This document shows positions 48,061-57,840 of a stretch of 64,000 nt of DNA, one piece after another. The notes beneath the pieces were generated by a model. It did no database searches and was not told the DNA's origin. It was given only the letters and a program-made list of their open reading frames with translations. Position 1 is the first letter of the stretch. Every line of letters starts with the position of its first letter. The stretch is from a virus. The position numbers and the translations under genes are program-made. The stretch covers positions 1-64,000 of the IMG/VR virus record IMGVR_UViG_3300037572_000374; one strand, 5' to 3'.

Positions 48061-48518
48061 GTAGAAGAGTAATATTTATTTCAGGAGAGATTTGTAGTGG
48101 AAAAGATACTATGATTGAAAATACATATTCAGGAGTTCAATATCAACAGATTGATTTAGGACAGTTAGTTAGAGAGAAGTTTCAAACAACTGAAAGGATC
48201 TTTGATAACAACTTAGAGGACTACTTTGAAGAAAGGATTAACGATATCATTAATGAGAATCAGCACATATATATTATCACTGGACTAAGACAACCTACAT
48301 TGGCAAGAAAACTTGAGAAGCTATTTGATGTTGTAGAACACAAATACTTAGTTGTGCCAAGAGATATTTTAAAAGAGAGGTATCTTAACAGAGGAGATGA
48401 GAAAGATGCTAAGATCTTATTTGAAGATGCAATTAAGGGAGATCAGTCTTTGGGTATGAAGGAATTGCAATACTATTTATTAACAGAAGTTGAATGTGAC
48501 TTCATAAAGAATTATTAA
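48057..48518 (+). CDS. P-loop nucleotide monophosphate kinase-like protein
   Basis: ISGEICSGKDT, ITGLRQ, lid motif RYLNR. Confidence 0.75.
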   Translation: MSRRVIFISGEICSGKDTMIENTYSGVQYQQIDLGQLVREKFQTTERIFDNNLEDYFEERINDIINENQHIYIITGLRQPTLARKLEKLFDVVEHKYLVVPRDILKERYLNRGDEKDAKILFEDAIKGDQSLGMKELQYYLLTEVECDFIKNY

Positions 48519-48519
48519 T

Positions 48520-49296
48520 ATGGACTTTTATGTAATACCACCTAACTCTCAGATGGAGTTAATGAAGAAAGGAGATAGATACTTTTGTTTATCTCAGATA
48601 TATTTAAGGAATGCAGAATACAGAGCATTCTTTAAAGCAAGAGTAGCTGAAGGAGCATGGGTAACACTAGACAATGGAGCTGGTGATCATGAAACTGTAA
48701 CAAAGGAACAAGTACTTGAGATAGCAAGAGAGTTGCAACCAAGTGAATTGATACCTTTAGACATACTATTCAATAGTAAAGAGACTTATAAAAATCTTTT
48801 ATGGACTATTGAAGAAATGAAAAAGGATCCATTGTTAAAAGACATTGAAGTATTTGCATGTCCACAAGGAGAAGATTTAGACTCATGGTTAGAGTTGTAT
48901 GAAACCTTATTGGGTATGCCAGAAGTAAATACAATTGGAATGAGTAAACTAGCAATACCATTTGTTATCTCTGGAGTTAAATTTGGAGATGTAGGAATTG
49001 CACAAGATAGAAACGATATGTTTAAGATCTTAAAGAATCAAGGTTTATTAGGTAAGCCTTTACATTTCTTAGGAGCTGGAGAAGCATGGGAGTTTGAATT
49101 ATATAAAGGTGAGGAGTTTGTAAGATCAACAGATAGTTGTTTTACAGTTTGGTCAGGAATGAACGATCAGAAGTTTGGTACTGAAGAGTATACAAGAATC
49201 CCAACACCACATGATTACTTTGATAGAATCATGACAGAAGAACAAATACAATTGGCTTTACATAACATAGAGTATATGGCAAAAGTCACAAGTTAA
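48520..49296 (+). CDS. dpdA: TGT-like 7-deazaguanine transferase (DpdA family)
   Basis: TLDNGA, LHFLGAG and STDS motifs of the TGT TIM barrel; genomic context. Confidence 0.75.
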   Translation: MDFYVIPPNSQMELMKKGDRYFCLSQIYLRNAEYRAFFKARVAEGAWVTLDNGAGDHETVTKEQVLEIARELQPSELIPLDILFNSKETYKNLLWTIEEMKKDPLLKDIEVFACPQGEDLDSWLELYETLLGMPEVNTIGMSKLAIPFVISGVKFGDVGIAQDRNDMFKILKNQGLLGKPLHFLGAGEAWEFELYKGEEFVRSTDSCFTVWSGMNDQKFGTEEYTRIPTPHDYFDRIMTEEQIQLALHNIEYMAKVTS

Positions 49297-49445
49297 TACT
49301 GTAATTTACGTTACATAGATGGATTGGCCTCTACTTTAATTAGTAGGGGTTATTCCTAATTTTAAAAATAATTAATCTTTTTTTAATAAAAGTAGCTTCG
49401 TATATTCTAAAAGGAGTATCTTTATATCAAAGAAAAACATATATT

Positions 49446-49958
49446 ATGAAATTATCAAACAAAGATGCAAAAAAAGTTTACGGATTGACACAGTTTGTAG
49501 GTGGTGCGGGGTTAAGTACAGCAGGATATACTAGGGGTATTGGATGGGCTTATGTTTTTGATGTAAACGGTTATAAAGTTACTAAGAATGTTTATGATAG
49601 CGGACATGAGTCTTACTCTATAATTGGTAAGAATATACTTCAAAACATCTCTATGGAGGTTTTAGATATGTCTTTAGTAGAGGCTACTAACGAATCTTTA
49701 AGAGTTGAATTATTGTCTACCATTATGGATGCAGATTTAACAAGAGTTATAAAAGTAATGACAGATAATAAAGAAGGATTTACTTTTTTTATGGGTAATA
49801 TAGATAGTTCTAAAGACTTATCTTTTGCTAGTGTAGTTAAAGATTACTACTCTAAAAATTTTCATTTTCCAACTGACACAAACGCAATTATTAAGGTGAT
49901 GGTAAAATATGGTTATGAGTTTACTACTATGGCAAACGCTAATAAATTAATAAGATAA
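49446..49958 (+). CDS. Hypothetical protein with its own early promoter
   Basis: Promoter at 49392. Confidence 0.7.
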   Translation: MKLSNKDAKKVYGLTQFVGGAGLSTAGYTRGIGWAYVFDVNGYKVTKNVYDSGHESYSIIGKNILQNISMEVLDMSLVEATNESLRVELLSTIMDADLTRVIKVMTDNKEGFTFFMGNIDSSKDLSFASVVKDYYSKNFHFPTDTNAIIKVMVKYGYEFTTMANANKLIR

Positions 49959-49961
49959 TAT

Positions 49962-51515
49962 ATGAATAAGGAACAAAATAAATTATACAATTACTGTAAA
50001 GCAATGCTTCTAGATTTTACGATCGAAGGAGAATTCTTGCTTATAGATGGTAATAAGTATATGATCTTAAATGATGAAATTAATCTTATAGATGAAGATG
50101 GAGATTTTGAACCTGATTCAGTTTTTAAACTAACTGACGATGTAGATGGATTTGTATATGAATTTGGAGGAAGATTCTATACACAAAATAAAGAACAAGA
50201 TTTAACTTTAACTGAGTTAAATTATATTGGTAAAGCAAAAGAGAAATTACCAACAAAATCTTTTCTAGGAATAAGATCAGGATATGAACTTATGAATGGA
50301 ATGGGATTATATAAGTCATGGATATCAAAAGCAAAGTTCTTAGGAGCTGAGGCTTTAGGAATCTGTGAGAAGAATACTCTTGGTGGAGTGCTAAACTTTC
50401 AGAACGAATGTAAGAATGCAAACATCAAGTCAATAATTGGAATGACTATTTCTGTTGAAGGATCCAAAACATATGATGTAAAATTATATGCAAAGAACTT
50501 TCAAGGATGGTTAAACTTATTGAAGTTCAATACTATAATTAATGTAGATTTGAATTTCAGTGTTCCAATTTCAACATTAGAAAATAACAAAGAAGGATTA
50601 TTCATTGTTGCAGATCCTAAAAGTATGGATTATCACAATGTTAATGAATTAGATGTAGACTTTTATCAATTAGATACTGTAAACTTTTTGAATGCAGATA
50701 GAGATGAGAAGTACATCAATAATTTAGAGCTATTTATTACGAGCGATATTGAACCAATTAGTATTACAGATGCATTTTATTTAGAATCACAAGACTTTCA
50801 GACTAGAGAATCTTTGTGGACTATCAATAAAGCATTTGACGATAAGACTGACAATCAATATTTCAAGTCTAAGTCACAATATGCTGGTGAATTATTAACT
50901 ATGTTTGATTCACAAGATAAGAGTTGGATTGAATTGTATAAAAGAGCAATAAGTAATGAGGTAGTGTTGGTTGAGAATTGTAACTTTAGTTATGATACAG
51001 ATACAAGACACTTGCCAAGATATATAATGACTGAAGAAGAGTCTGAAAACTTTGATACAAATGAACTATTGTTCATGAATATAGTTAAGAAAGGATTTAA
51101 AGATAGAGAAGTTAAGGATGCAGAAAAATATGTAGCAAGATTAAAAAAAGAGATTGCTGTATTGAAGATGGGTGATGTAATAGATTACTTTTTAAGTCTT
51201 CATGATATTATTAGATATGCAAAAAGCAAAAAGATGTTAACTGGAATTGGTCGAGGATCAGCTGGTGGAAGTTTAGTTGCTTATTTGATGGGAATTATTC
51301 AAGTGGATCCTTTAAGATTCGATTTATTATTTGAAAGATTTTTGAATAGTGGAAGGATGGGTAAATTTGAAGAAAGACCTTCTTACATTATTGAAGCAGA
51401 TGGTGAAACTTTAGAATTTGAAGAGGGATCCTTAGTAAGAATAAAAAGAGATAGTAAAGAAACAGTTGTCTTTGTACATGAAGTTGTAGAAGGTGATGAA
51501 ATAATAAGATACTAA
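49962..51515 (+). CDS. dnaE: DNA polymerase III alpha, N-terminal part (PHP domain and start of palm)
   Basis: GRGSAGGSLVAYLMGI, LLFERFLN. Confidence 0.9.
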   Translation: MNKEQNKLYNYCKAMLLDFTIEGEFLLIDGNKYMILNDEINLIDEDGDFEPDSVFKLTDDVDGFVYEFGGRFYTQNKEQDLTLTELNYIGKAKEKLPTKSFLGIRSGYELMNGMGLYKSWISKAKFLGAEALGICEKNTLGGVLNFQNECKNANIKSIIGMTISVEGSKTYDVKLYAKNFQGWLNLLKFNTIINVDLNFSVPISTLENNKEGLFIVADPKSMDYHNVNELDVDFYQLDTVNFLNADRDEKYINNLELFITSDIEPISITDAFYLESQDFQTRESLWTINKAFDDKTDNQYFKSKSQYAGELLTMFDSQDKSWIELYKRAISNEVVLVENCNFSYDTDTRHLPRYIMTEEESENFDTNELLFMNIVKKGFKDREVKDAEKYVARLKKEIAVLKMGDVIDYFLSLHDIIRYAKSKKMLTGIGRGSAGGSLVAYLMGIIQVDPLRFDLLFERFLNSGRMGKFEERPSYIIEADGETLEFEEGSLVRIKRDSKETVVFVHEVVEGDEIIRY

Positions 51516-51518
51516 AAT

Positions 51519-53540
51519 ATGAAAGTAACTAAGATAACACAAAACACCTCTATGAAGTTGGTAGATGGAACGCTTCCAGATATTGATACAGATTTTGCTG
51601 GTAGAAATAGAGCTGAGATTAAACAATACATGGAAGATAGATTTGGTCAAGAACAAGTGTGTTCAGTAGGATCTTATTCTACTATGAAATTGAAAGGCTT
51701 GGTAAAAGATTTTGCAAGAATATCTTCAGTTGACTTTAAAGAAGCTAATCTAATTACTTCAATAATTGATGCAGGAGATTTAACTATGTTAGATTTAATT
51801 AAAAGAGCTAGTAGTGAGCCAAGATTAAAGTCTTTCATTCAAAGGAACAGTGACATATTCTATATGTTGCCTACTTTGTTAGATCAGCCTAAGACACAAT
51901 CAATTCATCCATGTGCTGTAATTATATTCCCAAGTGTAATGAGTGCATCAGAATGGGTGCCAACAAGGTTACAACAAGGATTAGTAGTTTCAGAATGGGG
52001 AGGTAATGAAATGGATGATGCTGGATTCTTAAAGGATGATATTTTAGGTATTAAGCAATTAGATAAGTTTACAGATATCTTAGATCTCATAAAGATTAAT
52101 GATAAAGAAGTACCTAACATATATGATCTACCACACGATCCAGAAGTATTCAGATACTTTGGTAATGGATGGAATGGAGATGTGTTTCAATTAGGATCCA
52201 CTGGACTTACAGAATATAGTAAAGCACTAAAGCCTCAAAGAATTGAAGATTTAATTGCTGCAACTGCTGTATATAGACCTGGACCAATGGAGAATCACTA
52301 TCATGAGATTTATGTAAAGTGTAAGAATGAAGGTAGAGAGCCTAAATACTTATGGGGTACAGAAGAGATTGCAAAGGATACATTTGGACTTTTGATATAT
52401 CAGGAACAAGTAATGCAAGTGTTCCAATTAGTTGGAGGACTGAGTATGAAAGAAGCTGATGATGTTAGGAGAGCAATGGGTAAAAAGAAGTTATCTGCAT
52501 TGTTAAAGTGGAAAGAGAAAGTAGCTCAGGGATTCTTAGATAAAGGAGCAACACAAGCTCAGTTTGATGAAGTGTGGGTAGCAGTAATGGAGTTTGCAAA
52601 GTATGGATTCAATAAGAGTCACTCTGCTGCATATGCTATGACTGGTTATGCTTCTCAATGGTTAAAAGTTCATTATCCAATTGAATATTGGACAGTGGCT
52701 TTAGATTATGCAAATGAAGAAGATACTTTAAAGTATTTATCTGAAATTATGCAAGCCAAAGCAATTAGTGTGAAGGCTCCAGATATTAATCACTCAGCAA
52801 TGAGTATGATATCTGATCAAGAATCAAGTACAATCTTTTGGGGATTAGGATCCATCAAAGGTATTGGAGAAGATACAGCTAATCAAATTATTCAAGATAG
52901 AATTGAAAAAGGAGATTATAAGTCTTTTGCAGATTTTGTATTCAGACATAACTTCAAAGGTAGTAAAGTAAAGAAACAAACATATGAAGCACTAATTGCA
53001 TCAGGATGTTTTGATGATTTATACAATCTTGAAGGTAGAGAAGAAAGAAGACATCTGTTAATAAAGAGATATAGAAAGTATAAAAAAGTAAAGATAGCCA
53101 ATCCTAAAAGAGATGTTTATACAATAGGACAGACAGATCAAAGATGGTGGTGGTCATTACAGCAAAAGAGATTAACTGGTTTAGCATTCTTAGACTATAA
53201 AGGAATAGCAGAAGACTATGGAGTAGAATCTCAATTTGCTACATTAAGTGAAGTTAGTGGAAAGCAAGAGAAATCTATCTTTAGAAGTTTTGGTGGATAC
53301 ATAGTAGAAGCTAAAGTTGCAAGATCAGCTAAAGGTGAATATTGTAGAATAACAATAGAACATAATTACAAGTTATTTAAGATTATGGTTTGGTCAGAAG
53401 AGTTTGAAAACTTTAAGACTCAACTAAAAGGATCTGAAAAGAATCTGATAATATTTGAGGGTGAATTAAGATATGATGCCAAGTGGGCTAGAGCAAATCA
53501 GTTTACAATCAAAGAAAATTCAAAATTAATTGTTCTCTAG
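51519..53540 (+). CDS. dnaE: DNA polymerase III alpha, C-terminal part (catalytic palm, fingers, HhH, OB)
   Basis: PDIDTDF, KDDILG, YRPGPM, YQEQVM, YGFNKSHSAAY. Confidence 0.93.
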   Translation: MKVTKITQNTSMKLVDGTLPDIDTDFAGRNRAEIKQYMEDRFGQEQVCSVGSYSTMKLKGLVKDFARISSVDFKEANLITSIIDAGDLTMLDLIKRASSEPRLKSFIQRNSDIFYMLPTLLDQPKTQSIHPCAVIIFPSVMSASEWVPTRLQQGLVVSEWGGNEMDDAGFLKDDILGIKQLDKFTDILDLIKINDKEVPNIYDLPHDPEVFRYFGNGWNGDVFQLGSTGLTEYSKALKPQRIEDLIAATAVYRPGPMENHYHEIYVKCKNEGREPKYLWGTEEIAKDTFGLLIYQEQVMQVFQLVGGLSMKEADDVRRAMGKKKLSALLKWKEKVAQGFLDKGATQAQFDEVWVAVMEFAKYGFNKSHSAAYAMTGYASQWLKVHYPIEYWTVALDYANEEDTLKYLSEIMQAKAISVKAPDINHSAMSMISDQESSTIFWGLGSIKGIGEDTANQIIQDRIEKGDYKSFADFVFRHNFKGSKVKKQTYEALIASGCFDDLYNLEGREERRHLLIKRYRKYKKVKIANPKRDVYTIGQTDQRWWWSLQQKRLTGLAFLDYKGIAEDYGVESQFATLSEVSGKQEKSIFRSFGGYIVEAKVARSAKGEYCRITIEHNYKLFKIMVWSEEFENFKTQLKGSEKNLIIFEGELRYDAKWARANQFTIKENSKLIVL

Positions 53541-53555
53541 AAAGAGCTTAGATTG

Positions 53556-53582
53556 GGCACCTGAGGGTGCCTTTTCTTTTTT
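53556..53582 (+). terminator. Intrinsic terminator
   Basis: GGCACC-TGAG-GGTGCC followed by a T-run. Confidence 0.8.
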
Positions 53583-53851
53583 ATTTTAAAAATAAATGAA
53601 ATAAATGTTGCTTCGTATATTTAATTAGGAGTATCTTTATGGCAAGGAAAAAATATAATATATAAATTTAAAAATAAGTAAGATGAAAACAGTTAAAAAA
53701 GTAAGAGTAAACACAAAATTAGTAAAGAGGTCATTTTTAAGATTGGATGGGGCTGATAAATTTGGAGTACTATTTGGAGTACTATTTTTATTACCATGTG
53801 TTTCAGCAGTAATGATTGATGTAATTCAGAATGGGTCTGGAATGTGGTAAT

Positions 53852-54385
53852 ATGAAGTATACTATACACATTGGTGATAAACCTATCGTTTTAGAACATG
53901 ATGATTTAGATTCTTCTATTAATGTAGATGAGCTTACAAAGATTGATGTTGGAAATGTTTATGGAGATGCTGTAACTATATCAGCTGCTGTAAATAGAAT
54001 TGGACTGCTCAAAGCAGAAGTAGAAGCTTTGATGGCAACTACCAAGTTAGAATATAAGATATATGAAGGAGAGTATAAAGCCAAGTTAAGAAAGCAGGCT
54101 GCAAACAACTCTGGATTCTATTTGGTGAGAGTAGATAACGAAGATGTCAGAGTAAAATTATCTGAGACTTCATTAAGTAGCTCATTTGAGATTGATCCTA
54201 AATGGATTGAACTAAAGAAAGCATTCATTACTGCAGAGAAGAATTTCAATGCACTAAGTAGTTTGTATTGGGCTTGTCAAGATAAAAGTAGAAAATTAAA
54301 TTCATTAGTAAATGGAGTAACTCCAACTGAATTCGTTGAAGAGATGATTCAAGGAAAAGTTAATGGAATATTAATTACAAAATAA
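53852..54385 (+). CDS. Helical protein, possibly a UvsY-like recombination mediator
   Basis: Coiled-coil pattern, upstream of SSB and RecA. Confidence 0.4.
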   Translation: MKYTIHIGDKPIVLEHDDLDSSINVDELTKIDVGNVYGDAVTISAAVNRIGLLKAEVEALMATTKLEYKIYEGEYKAKLRKQAANNSGFYLVRVDNEDVRVKLSETSLSSSFEIDPKWIELKKAFITAEKNFNALSSLYWACQDKSRKLNSLVNGVTPTEFVEEMIQGKVNGILITK

Positions 54386-54478
54386 AAGAAAAGAATGTAC
54401 CCAAGGCATACATTCTGAAAACTAGAAGACCTTCAGTATTAATCGTGGCATAAGTAAGTCCACAAAAAACTATATATT

Positions 54479-55162
54479 ATGGGATTAGGATCAGTAAATG
54501 ACAACAAAAGATCAACATTTTTAACTATTGCAGGTGGGTACATCTGGGATAGAAAAGCTGACTCAAGTAATGCAAACTTTGCAACACAAGAGTTTAACAG
54601 AGCTGATGGAACAGTAGGTGAAAGAGCAGGAGCTCGTTACGCAGACTTGACTGGATTAGTTACAAAAGTAGAATTTAGAACTCATCCACAGTACGGAGAG
54701 AACTTAAATGTTACAATCGAATCAGAAGGTGAGGCTTTTATCTTATCAATATCTACAAATAATAGATATTCACAAGATATGATGAAGTGTTTATTAGTTG
54801 CAGATTTAAGACAACCGATTTATGTTAAGCCTTACGACTTTGTAGGGAATGACAAAAGAAGAGCAATGGGTATTTCATTCAGACAGAATGGAGAGAAGTT
54901 AACTCTTAGAGTGGAAGGAACTCCAACTCAAGACAGTGCTTGGTTCAAGACTGCAGGATCTAAGAATATCAAAAGATTCTTCGAAGATTTGAATGAGTGG
55001 TTTGTAAATGAGGTAACTGCTCAGGTAGTAGGAAATCTTGATGCTTTAAAGCCAGCACCAGTTGCAAAACCAAAACCAGTAGCTAAAGTAGCAGAAGCTG
55101 CTCCAGTTGCTAAAGTAGAAGAGGGAGATTTAGATTCTCAACTTGATGCTTTATTAGGATAA
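54479..55162 (+). CDS. Putative single-stranded DNA-binding protein
   Basis: OB-like core, Pro/Ala linker, acidic tail GDLDSQLDALLG. Confidence 0.6.
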   Translation: MGLGSVNDNKRSTFLTIAGGYIWDRKADSSNANFATQEFNRADGTVGERAGARYADLTGLVTKVEFRTHPQYGENLNVTIESEGEAFILSISTNNRYSQDMMKCLLVADLRQPIYVKPYDFVGNDKRRAMGISFRQNGEKLTLRVEGTPTQDSAWFKTAGSKNIKRFFEDLNEWFVNEVTAQVVGNLDALKPAPVAKPKPVAKVAEAAPVAKVEEGDLDSQLDALLG

Positions 55163-55222
55163 TTATAATAAGGGGATTGTTAATTCAGTCCCCTATATTA
55201 TTTAACATTAAAATTATACACC

Positions 55223-55498
55223 ATGGAAAAAAGATACTACGTATTGAAAGCTGGTAATTTTAAGCAAGAAAAGAAGTCAGGTCTAAAAGATAAATGGACT
55301 GATGGAAGATGGGCTAGATTGCTAAGTGCTGGAGGAGCTAAGAAAAGCTTCACAGAAAACAGAGGAGAAGTTATTGTGCATGTTCAAGATGGAACTAAGA
55401 TCCTATATCAAAAAGGATGGGGATCAAAAGTAGATAAGGAGCAAGTATGGATAGCCGATTTCAAGAAAGATAAAGGAAGATTTTTTAAATTCAAATAA
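55223..55498 (+). CDS. Hypothetical basic protein
   Basis: In-operon ORF. Confidence 0.65.
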   Translation: MEKRYYVLKAGNFKQEKKSGLKDKWTDGRWARLLSAGGAKKSFTENRGEVIVHVQDGTKILYQKGWGSKVDKEQVWIADFKKDKGRFFKFK

Positions 55499-56524
55499 AT
55501 GAAAGATAAATTAGCAATAATATTTAATGATGCACATCTCAAGACTGGGAATGAGCAAGATGTAATACACTCTGTAAAGCATATGTTAAAGTATGCCAAG
55601 AAAGAAGGTATTGCTAATTTGATATTTGCTGGAGATTTATTTGATAGTAGATCGTTTCAAAGACAAAGTGTTTTACATGCTTTTGATGAAATATTAGATC
55701 TAATAAATAAAGCTGGATGCACTTTGTATATATTTCCAGGAAACCACGATAAGACAGTTTATGCTTCTTATGATAGTTTCTTAGATGTATACAGACATTA
55801 TCCAAGTGTAGTTTTCAACAGAGAATTATCTGTTATCGAATTAGATGGAGTTACAATTACATTGTTGCCATTCTTTTCAGATGATATGTTGATTCCAATG
55901 TTGGAAGAAGCAAAGCCTACAGATGTGTTGATTAGCCATTTTGAAATGGCAGGATCTACTCACTTAGGAAAAGTTTCTGTAAAAAGTACAATTAATAAAA
56001 AACTTTTGAGTAAGTTTACCAAAACTTATTTAGGACATTATCACAATCATCATGAAATAAGTAAAGACATCGTTCATCTACCTTCATTAAGACAAAGTAA
56101 CTTTGGTGAAGACGAGAACAAAGGATTTGCAGTATTGAATAAAGATTTGTCGTATGAACTAATTAAGGGTGATTTTAAGAGCTTTAAGAAAGTAACTATT
56201 GATATTAATAAAACTACAGCAAAGCAATTAAAAGAATTGATTACAACTTATGAAAATAGCTCAAACACTATTCGTTTTGAATTTGTAGGAGATGAAAGTA
56301 AGTTAAAGGCTCTGGATAAGAGTTTGTTTAATGGATCCGGAATTGATGTGAAGATTAAGTATGATGTTAAGTATGACTATAAAGATGATCAACTAGCATT
56401 ACCAACTGTGATTGAACATTATGGAGAGGAGCAAGTTAAAGATGCTTTTAAGAGTTTTTGTAATGAAAAGGGATATGAATATCAAGAAGGTATTGTATTA
56501 TTAAATGAATATTTAAAGAGATAA
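55499..56524 (+). CDS. SbcD/Mre11-like nuclease
   Basis: DAH, GDLFD, GNHD, SH and GHYH metallophosphoesterase motifs. Confidence 0.9.
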   Translation: MKDKLAIIFNDAHLKTGNEQDVIHSVKHMLKYAKKEGIANLIFAGDLFDSRSFQRQSVLHAFDEILDLINKAGCTLYIFPGNHDKTVYASYDSFLDVYRHYPSVVFNRELSVIELDGVTITLLPFFSDDMLIPMLEEAKPTDVLISHFEMAGSTHLGKVSVKSTINKKLLSKFTKTYLGHYHNHHEISKDIVHLPSLRQSNFGEDENKGFAVLNKDLSYELIKGDFKSFKKVTIDINKTTAKQLKELITTYENSSNTIRFEFVGDESKLKALDKSLFNGSGIDVKIKYDVKYDYKDDQLALPTVIEHYGEEQVKDAFKSFCNEKGYEYQEGIVLLNEYLKR

Positions 56525-56528
56525 ATAT

Positions 56529-57491
56529 ATGAGCAAAGGAATAAAAAATGCACTAGCTGCCTTAGAGAAAAGATTTGGAGAATCAGTTGTAATGAAAATG
56601 AATGAAGCAAACACTTCAATAGAAACATTTTCATCTGGAAGACCAAGTTTAGATTCTAAGTTGGGTGGTGGATATGGAGTAGGTAAGATCGTTGAGATTT
56701 ATGCTGAATCGGGATGTGGAAAGACTGGACTAGCTTTAGAAGCAATTGCAAGTATGCAATCAAGTGGAGGAATTTGTGCAATCATTGATGCTGAGCATGC
56801 TTTGAATACAGAGTACTGTGAACAAATTGGTGTTGATATTGATGCACTTTATATTTCACAACCTACTTATGGAGAGCAAGCATTTGAAGCTATTAGAGCA
56901 TTAGTTAACACTGGTGAAGTAAATTTGATAGTAATAGATTCAGTTGCAGCTATGATTCCAAAAGCAGAATTAGAAGGTGAAAGTGGAGAAGCTAAAATTG
57001 CATTGCAGGCTAGAATGATGTCTCAAGGTATGAAGTTAATTACTGGAGCAGCATCTGATAACAAATGTACGATCATATTCATTAATCAATTGAGAAAAAC
57101 TATTGCAATGTATGGACCAAGTGAAACCACAGCTGGTGGTAAGGCTTTAAAATTCTATGCAACACAAAGGTTAGAGATTAAGAATAGAGGACAGATCAAA
57201 CAAGGAGATGAAACTATTGGATTCAAACAACAAATCAAAATAGTTAAGAATAAAGTTGCAGCACCATTTCAAGTGTATGCAGAAGATATCATATATGGAA
57301 AAGGAGTAGACAATACACAAGGTTTTGTTGATGCTTTAGTATATGAAGAAATACTTTTAAAGGCAGGAGCTTGGTATAAGTATGATGGAACTAATATTGC
57401 AAAAGGGATGAAAAATCTTAGAGCAGCATTAGAAGATAATCCTGATTTGCAGGATGAACTACAAAGCAAGTTAGATGCTTTAAGAAAATAA
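56529..57491 (+). CDS. recA: RecA recombinase
   Basis: ESGCGKT, IDAEHAL, DSVAAMIPKAE, ARMMSQ, GGKALKFYA, KNKVAAPF. Confidence 0.96.
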   Translation: MSKGIKNALAALEKRFGESVVMKMNEANTSIETFSSGRPSLDSKLGGGYGVGKIVEIYAESGCGKTGLALEAIASMQSSGGICAIIDAEHALNTEYCEQIGVDIDALYISQPTYGEQAFEAIRALVNTGEVNLIVIDSVAAMIPKAELEGESGEAKIALQARMMSQGMKLITGAASDNKCTIIFINQLRKTIAMYGPSETTAGGKALKFYATQRLEIKNRGQIKQGDETIGFKQQIKIVKNKVAAPFQVYAEDIIYGKGVDNTQGFVDALVYEEILLKAGAWYKYDGTNIAKGMKNLRAALEDNPDLQDELQSKLDALRK

Positions 57492-57544
57492 GTATAAAGA
57501 TCGGACCCAGACGAACTGGGGATTAAAATTAAAATAGAGTAAAA

Positions 57545-57763
57545 ATGAAAAATTTAGTATTAGTATTAGTATTAGTGTTTACATTCGGATTAACATCATG
57601 TGAACAAGACGTAATTGAATCTCCACAAAGTGAGTGTTCACAAATCAATGGATATTACGAAAACCTAACTGCAGGATTAACTCCTCAAGAGGCTTCGTTA
57701 TATATTCAAGAATGGCAAGATGCTTTGAATGCAGCAGGATGTCCAAGTTTGGATACAATATAA
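57545..57763 (+). CDS. Small lipoprotein
   Basis: Lipobox LTS-C. Confidence 0.7.
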   Translation: MKNLVLVLVLVFTFGLTSCEQDVIESPQSECSQINGYYENLTAGLTPQEASLYIQEWQDALNAAGCPSLDTI

Positions 57764-57840
57764 TTAAAAAGAATTGGGTGAGTCTTAGAGCTTAGGCATT
57801 TGATTGCTACACCCAACTAAGAGTACCAAAAAATATACAT

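Noticed and set aside
51340-51600. Canonical, splicing-competent split intein
   Set aside because: Required splice-junction residues are absent and the segments are too short; kept only as a degenerate possibility.
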